DNA of 59,764 nt from positions 1 to 59,764 of IMG/VR virus record IMGVR_UViG_3300048597_000258. One strand, written 5' to 3'. Positions 54,816-59,764 of this stretch are shown here, one piece after another. The first letter of the stretch is position 1. Each line of letters begins with the position of its first letter. The notes beneath the pieces were generated by a model. That model worked only from the letters and a program-made list of their open reading frames with translations, made no database searches and was not told where the DNA came from. This DNA comes from a virus. Its lineage: Duplodnaviria; Caudoviricetes. Made by a program: the position numbers and the translations under genes.

Positions 54816-55930
54816 TGAGCGATCATCTTCTCCCGCAGAATGCGACGGACCTCGAGCGCGCCTTCTCGCTGGCGTCGAATCCCGCGCCGCGGCTCGACAT
54901 GCCCGTCACCGCGATGCGGGCGATCAAGCTCATCGGCACGCCGCCCTCATGGCTGCCGTTCCTCGTCTACGAATATGGCCTCGGCGAACTCTCGCCGTAT
55001 GTGCCGAACCTCCATCAGTTGATCGCAGAGGGAATCGACTGGCAGCGCGTGCGGGGCTCGCCTGAGGCCATTGCGAAGGGGCTGGCATGGCTGGCCTACG
55101 CCGGGGTGCTGGAGGAGGCCCCCCTCCGCCGCGCCCGCTGGCACCTGTTCCAGCTTGAACTTGATCGGGTGCGCGACGAGGAGGAACCCGACCTGTTCCG
55201 CATCGAGGGCGTCACCCAGCTTTCGGTGCCGCTGCGTTCGCACTTCTGGCGCGGCTACAAGGTCTATGACGTTCGCGCCACGGAGTACGGCTGGACCCGC
55301 TGGGGCAACTCGCTGTGGTCGGACTATTCGGGGGCGCGCATCCGCGCGGGCGGGGCGAAGTGGAGCTTCGGCAGGCTCTACGAACTCGATCATGTGATGA
55401 CGCAGGCGCAGCTCACCGAGCTTGGCGTCTGGATCGCGCCTGTCACGACATCGCGCCCCTACAATTGGGATCATGTCGTTTGGCCTCATGTCAGATGGGG
55501 CGAGCCGACCGAGCAGGCGCGGCGGCACACGATCATCGATGATCTCAAGGCGATGCCAGCGTGGGCCACGTTCCTCGACGCGGGGAACAACGTCATCGGC
55601 CATCGTCGCGCCCGCGTTTGGCAATCGGTCATTCCCGCTGGAACGCAGGCCCCATATCGCCTCGGAACCACATCGCTGGGCCTCGCCGACGCCAATGCGA
55701 TGGGCCTCTATTTTGAAGCGATGACGGACTTCGGTGATGGCTTCGGCGCGACCGCCGCCAAGTGGCAGATCAGGCTCGGCGCCACGCTTGTGGATCCCGC
55801 CCGGCCGGGCCTGCTTTGGGCTGAACCCAACGAACTGACGGGCGGAATCGTGGCCGTCGAAAAGGCGGACACAATCGAATTTGGCCGAACCGTGCGCGAG
55901 CGTTGCCGCGCGCTTCTCCGTATCGTCTAG
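54815..55930 (+). CDS. Baseplate/tail protein I-like
   Basis: LLPQNATDLER...WLPFL...RVRGSPEAI. Confidence 0.85.
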   Translation: MSDHLLPQNATDLERAFSLASNPAPRLDMPVTAMRAIKLIGTPPSWLPFLVYEYGLGELSPYVPNLHQLIAEGIDWQRVRGSPEAIAKGLAWLAYAGVLEEAPLRRARWHLFQLELDRVRDEEEPDLFRIEGVTQLSVPLRSHFWRGYKVYDVRATEYGWTRWGNSLWSDYSGARIRAGGAKWSFGRLYELDHVMTQAQLTELGVWIAPVTTSRPYNWDHVVWPHVRWGEPTEQARRHTIIDDLKAMPAWATFLDAGNNVIGHRRARVWQSVIPAGTQAPYRLGTTSLGLADANAMGLYFEAMTDFGDGFGATAAKWQIRLGATLVDPARPGLLWAEPNELTGGIVAVEKADTIEFGRTVRERCRALLRIV

Positions 55931-55940
55931 GAGGTTTTGA

Positions 55941-58900
55941 ATGCCCGCTCCCTTCAATCATTCGTCTGGCGTCTCCGGAGCCTATGATCGCGCGCCCGAC
56001 AATCCGAACTGGAAGCGCGTCATCTTCCGCGAAGACAAGCTCGCACAGGCGGCGGAACTCAACGAGGCTCAGTCGATCATCGAAGGCCGGAACAAGCGCA
56101 CCAGCGATCTGGTGGCTATGGACGGCGACCGCATTTCCGGTTGCGGCATCCTTGTCGATCCGCTGACCGGAACCGTCGTGCTTGAACCCGGCACGATCTA
56201 CGTTCGCGGCGACGTGCGCCCGATTGCGGGCTATACGATGAACAGCGTTCCGATGGAGGGCAACGTCACCATCGGCGTGAGGCTGACGAAGACCGCCGTC
56301 ACCGAAGTTGAAGACCCTTCGCTGGTCGGTCTTCATCCTGGTACGGAAGCCGAAGGCGAGCCGGGAGCCGCGCGCGAGAGCGAAACCGTTGCATGGGGCC
56401 GCGACGGCGACGGCGGAACGGGCGACCTGTATTCCGTCTATCTGCTCAAGGACGGCGTGGTGGTCGACCAGACACCGCCGCCGCAGCTTTCGGGCATCAA
56501 CGCCGCGCTTGCGAGCTACGACCGCGACGCTCACGGCAACTATATCGTGGAAGGTTGCCGCGTCACAGCGATGGGCAAGGTCGGCGCGGATCAGGTCTTT
56601 TCGATCAGCGAAGGCGTCGCCAACATCTTCGGCTTCAAGCGTTCTCGCGACACCGCAATCATCCACCGTGAAGAAGAAACGTGGGACGTTGAGGAAATAC
56701 TTGCGGAGCTTCACACGTTCGCGGACGGCGGCAGCGGGACGGCGGTTATCCCCGTAAGCCATCCGCCCATCGCGACGCTCAACTCTGCCGTCATCACGAA
56801 GGAGACGACGCAGACGATCACGAAGGGAACGACGAACAGCACCGATGCGCTTCCGCATTCGTCGGTCACGTCGATTATCGAAGTGAAGCAGGGCGGCACG
56901 ACCTATGTTCCGACGACGGACTACACGCTCGTCAACGATACTGTGAACTGGTCGCCGGGTGGTGCGGAGCCTTCGACCGGATCGTCCTACACGGTCAAGT
57001 ATCGCTATCTGTCGGCGGTCACGCCCGACAGCGAGACGGCGAAGACTGTGACCCTCTCCGGTGGCGTCACTGGCACGACGGTCCTTCTCAACTACGATTG
57101 GAAGCTGCCGCGCATCGACCTCCTGTGTCTCAATCAGGAAGGCTTGCCCGCCTACATCAAGGGGCAGTCCATGCGCGTCGCGCCGCAGCCGCCCAATGCG
57201 CCGTTCACGCTCTTGCCGCTTGCGACCGTCAGCAATGACTTCATGGGCAAGCCTACGGTGAAGAACGTCGGCGTCCGTTCGTATCACTTCACGAAGATTG
57301 ATCGCATGTATCGCCGCATGGTGGACATGCTCGACCTTCTCGGCTTGGAGAGGCTGAAAAACGATATCGACAACCGCGAGCCTGTCGCGAAGAAGGGCGT
57401 GTTCGTTGATCCGCTCATTCACGACTTCTATCGCGACGCGGGCGAGCCGCAGGACGCGGCGGTCTTTCAAGGATCGATGCAGCTTCCCATCGATCCGACC
57501 TTCTTCTATCCGGCGCTCGCCGCGCCCGCGCTGCTCGACTACACGGGCGAGGTCATTGTCTCGCAGCCGCTTGTTACCGGGCAGATCAAGATCAATCCAT
57601 ATAACAGCTTCGAGCGCCTTCCCGCGTCGCTCAAGATCGAACCGCCTGTGGACTTCTGGGTGGACAATCCCGAGACGGCGATCAGCGAGAGCTTCGTCAC
57701 GCAGCAAGTCACGCAGACTGTCGAGCGGACGGTCGTCGGCACCAACGTCGGCGTCACGACCTCGACCACGCAGCGCGAGCAGATTTCCGTCGATGAAGAT
57801 TTCGTCGGAGAGACGGTTGGCCTGTCGCCGCTCATGCGGCAGATCACGATCCTGTTCACCATCGAAGGCTTCGCTCCCGGCGAGAACTTGAAGACCTTGG
57901 AGTTCGGCGGCATCAACGTGAAGCCGCCCGGAACGCAGACGGCGAGCGGCGCTGGCATCATTACGGGCAGCTTCCAAGTCCCGGCCAACATGCCGACAGG
58001 CCGCGTGATGATCTACGCCGAAGGCATGGGCCAATCGTGGGCGCAAGCCTTGTTCGTCTCGCAGGGATATCACGACGTCGAGAACGTGCAGCGCACGACG
58101 ACGCTGACGCGCGTCATCACGCGGACGATCACCACGACCGTTGCGCCGACACCGCCCGCGCCGACGCGCGTCGATCCGGTCGCACAGTCCTTCATGCTGG
58201 AAGAGGACAGGTTCCTTACTGGCATCAAGCTCAAGTTCGCGGCGTTTGGCGACAAGACCAAGGGCATCCTTGTCGAGCTTGTGAAGACGGAACACGGCTT
58301 CCCCACTGGCGAGAGCATCGCGCAGTCCTTCACCAGCATTCAGTCTGCGGCTCTCGGGCAGTGGGTCACGGTCACGTTCACGTCGCCCATCTTCGTCAAG
58401 GGCGGGATCGAATATGCCTTCATCGTCCGCACCGACGACAACGATCACGCGCTCGCGACCGCCGCCATCGGCGGCTTCGATCCGGTCGCGCAGGAGTTCG
58501 TCGGCGCGCAGCCGTACAGCGTCGGCATGTTGCTTTCGTCCTCGACCGCGACAGCCTGGACGGCGCACCAGAGGGAAGACCTCACGTTCGAACTCGTCGC
58601 GGCGAAGTTCTCGCCCACGACGAAGACGATCAGCTTCGGAACTTTCTCTCTGACCAGCGCGTCCGATCTCATGGTCCGCGCCGCGTCGATGCTGCCGTCC
58701 GACGCGACCACGCTCCTGTTTGAGATTGAGCGCGCGGGCGGCGACAAGAAGCTTCTCAGGCCGAATGTGAATTGGGAACTGACGGAGTTCGTCACGGAGA
58801 CGGTCACGCTTCGCGCGAAGCTCGTCGGCACGGAGAAGCTTTCGCCTGTTCTCTATCCGGGCCTCATCTTCGTGGCGGGCGAGATCGCGACCAGCGCGAT

Positions 58901-59183
58901 CTATGTCTCGCGTGCCTTCAAGATGGGAACGGCGATCCGCCTTTCGGCCTTCCTCAAGCTCTGGCTTCCGGCTGGATCGGACGTCACGGTCCACTTTGAC
59001 GAGGCCGATGATAGCTGGACCTCCGCGCCGATTGAGGAAACCGAAATCCTCGACTTCGGCTGGCTCGACCGCGAGTTCCGCCTTGATCCCGTCACCGCCG
59101 TACAGGGCCGCATCAGGGTCACGCTCTCGGGCGGTCCTGCGGCTCGCCCGTCCGTGCAAGACCTTCGCGCCGTTTCGATCTGA
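55941..59183 (+). CDS. Large baseplate/fibre-attachment protein (DUF4815-like), 1080 aa
   Basis: QAAELNEAQS, GNYIVEG, KKGVFVDP, DPVAQSF motifs. Confidence 0.8.
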   Translation: MPAPFNHSSGVSGAYDRAPDNPNWKRVIFREDKLAQAAELNEAQSIIEGRNKRTSDLVAMDGDRISGCGILVDPLTGTVVLEPGTIYVRGDVRPIAGYTMNSVPMEGNVTIGVRLTKTAVTEVEDPSLVGLHPGTEAEGEPGAARESETVAWGRDGDGGTGDLYSVYLLKDGVVVDQTPPPQLSGINAALASYDRDAHGNYIVEGCRVTAMGKVGADQVFSISEGVANIFGFKRSRDTAIIHREEETWDVEEILAELHTFADGGSGTAVIPVSHPPIATLNSAVITKETTQTITKGTTNSTDALPHSSVTSIIEVKQGGTTYVPTTDYTLVNDTVNWSPGGAEPSTGSSYTVKYRYLSAVTPDSETAKTVTLSGGVTGTTVLLNYDWKLPRIDLLCLNQEGLPAYIKGQSMRVAPQPPNAPFTLLPLATVSNDFMGKPTVKNVGVRSYHFTKIDRMYRRMVDMLDLLGLERLKNDIDNREPVAKKGVFVDPLIHDFYRDAGEPQDAAVFQGSMQLPIDPTFFYPALAAPALLDYTGEVIVSQPLVTGQIKINPYNSFERLPASLKIEPPVDFWVDNPETAISESFVTQQVTQTVERTVVGTNVGVTTSTTQREQISVDEDFVGETVGLSPLMRQITILFTIEGFAPGENLKTLEFGGINVKPPGTQTASGAGIITGSFQVPANMPTGRVMIYAEGMGQSWAQALFVSQGYHDVENVQRTTTLTRVITRTITTTVAPTPPAPTRVDPVAQSFMLEEDRFLTGIKLKFAAFGDKTKGILVELVKTEHGFPTGESIAQSFTSIQSAALGQWVTVTFTSPIFVKGGIEYAFIVRTDDNDHALATAAIGGFDPVAQEFVGAQPYSVGMLLSSSTATAWTAHQREDLTFELVAAKFSPTTKTISFGTFSLTSASDLMVRAASMLPSDATTLLFEIERAGGDKKLLRPNVNWELTEFVTETVTLRAKLVGTEKLSPVLYPGLIFVAGEIATSAIYVSRAFKMGTAIRLSAFLKLWLPAGSDVTVHFDEADDSWTSAPIEETEILDFGWLDREFRLDPVTAVQGRIRVTLSGGPAARPSVQDLRAVSI

Positions 59184-59193
59184 GGAGTAGGCC

Positions 59194-59764
59194 ATGCCCA
59201 CGCCGACCACGACAAACCGGGGCTATCAGAAGCCCGATCCGCTCAACTACCTTGACGAAGACGTGCTTCGCCTCGTCGCGGCGCTAGACGCCATCGACGT
59301 TGATGTGGCCTCGCTCTTTTCAAGCATGAGCGGCAAGGCGTCGGTGACGCACAGCCACGTCATCAACGATGTGACCGGGCTGCAAGCGGCGCTCGACGGC
59401 AAGCTTTCCACTTCGGCCACCTTCGCGCTCGACGCCTTGACCGATGTTGAGGTGGCGGCGGCGAACGACAATATGTTTCTTCGCAAGGTGGGCGGGGTCT
59501 GGATCGGCGTCTCGCTCGACGGTTCGATGATCGCCTCGGGAACGATCCCTGCCGCGCGCCTCGGCACGCACACTCACGCGATCAGCGATGTGACGGGCTT
59601 GCAGGCGGCGATTGATGGCAAGGCCGCGCTGGTTCATACCCACGCCATCGCGGACGTCACGAACCTCCAGTCGTCTCTCAACGCGAAGGCGGATGCTTCT
59701 GCGGTCGTCGGGCGGCAGACGATCTATGTCCCCGCCGACAGCATGACGATCCGCACGTCGAACG
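59194..59764 (+). CDS. Tail fibre protein, 5' part (continues at position 1)
   Basis: GAGGAG RBS; TTNRGYQKPDPLNYLDEDVLRL; HSHVINDVTGLQAALDGK repeat; open to the window end. Confidence 0.85.
   Translation, partial: MPTPTTTNRGYQKPDPLNYLDEDVLRLVAALDAIDVDVASLFSSMSGKASVTHSHVINDVTGLQAALDGKLSTSATFALDALTDVEVAAANDNMFLRKVGGVWIGVSLDGSMIASGTIPAARLGTHTHAISDVTGLQAAIDGKAALVHTHAIADVTNLQSSLNAKADASAVVGRQTIYVPADSMTIRTSN
59563..59764. repeat. Terminal direct repeat, right copy
   Basis: Matches 1-202 with one mismatch. Confidence 0.97.

Noticed and set aside
55770-59210. Very long antisense ORFs (1146 aa here; also 2253-3848, 12560-14971, 47037-48878, 26208-27830)
   Set aside because: Shadows of high-GC coding strands: Arg-rich, motif-free and opposite clear genes.
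59455-59475. AANDN peptide resembling the start of the alphaproteobacterial tmRNA tag
   Set aside because: Internal to the fibre ORF with no tmRNA structure; probably coincidental.
59340-59700. Near-repeats in the fibre gene as a DGR TR/VR pair or shufflon
   Set aside because: They are in-frame tail repeats. No reverse transcriptase or invertase is present and there is no adenine-specific mismatch pattern.

Overview
This window is a complete, circularly assembled temperate myovirus genome. It is about 59,562 bp plus a 202-bp terminal overlap. The host is probably an alphaproteobacterium, judged from the GcrA-, GapR- and DUF1376-like genes and the high GC. Head and packaging are lambda-like: cos site, Nu1/GpA terminase, portal, S49 protease with nested scaffold, D and E. 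The tail is P2-like and contractile: V, W, J, I, sheath, tube, frameshifted chaperone, TMP, U, X, D. Other modules are a GH19-type lysis cassette, a large serine integrase with a candidate attP inside its own 3' end, a cI/cro switch with five related operators, a Bet/RecT early operon, DnaB plus a DUF1376 initiator with iterons, four DNA methyltransferases and an apparent complete Type II R-M cassette. The most unusual signal is a post-lysis structural module at 11172-15655. It pairs a small, apparently high-copy beta-protein with a 774-aa protein built of about 24 Ala-rich 20-aa repeats. One further copy of that repeat sits at the C-terminus of the neck/tail-completion protein 37 kb away, which suggests a ruler-templated, strand-complemented fibre anchored at the neck. 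Other notable points are a nested alternative-frame gene inside the C5 methyltransferase, two Rmf-like domains fused to DNA-transaction proteins, and a GIY-YIG endonuclease between sheath and tube. Family assignments come from motif recognition by eye; no searches were run.
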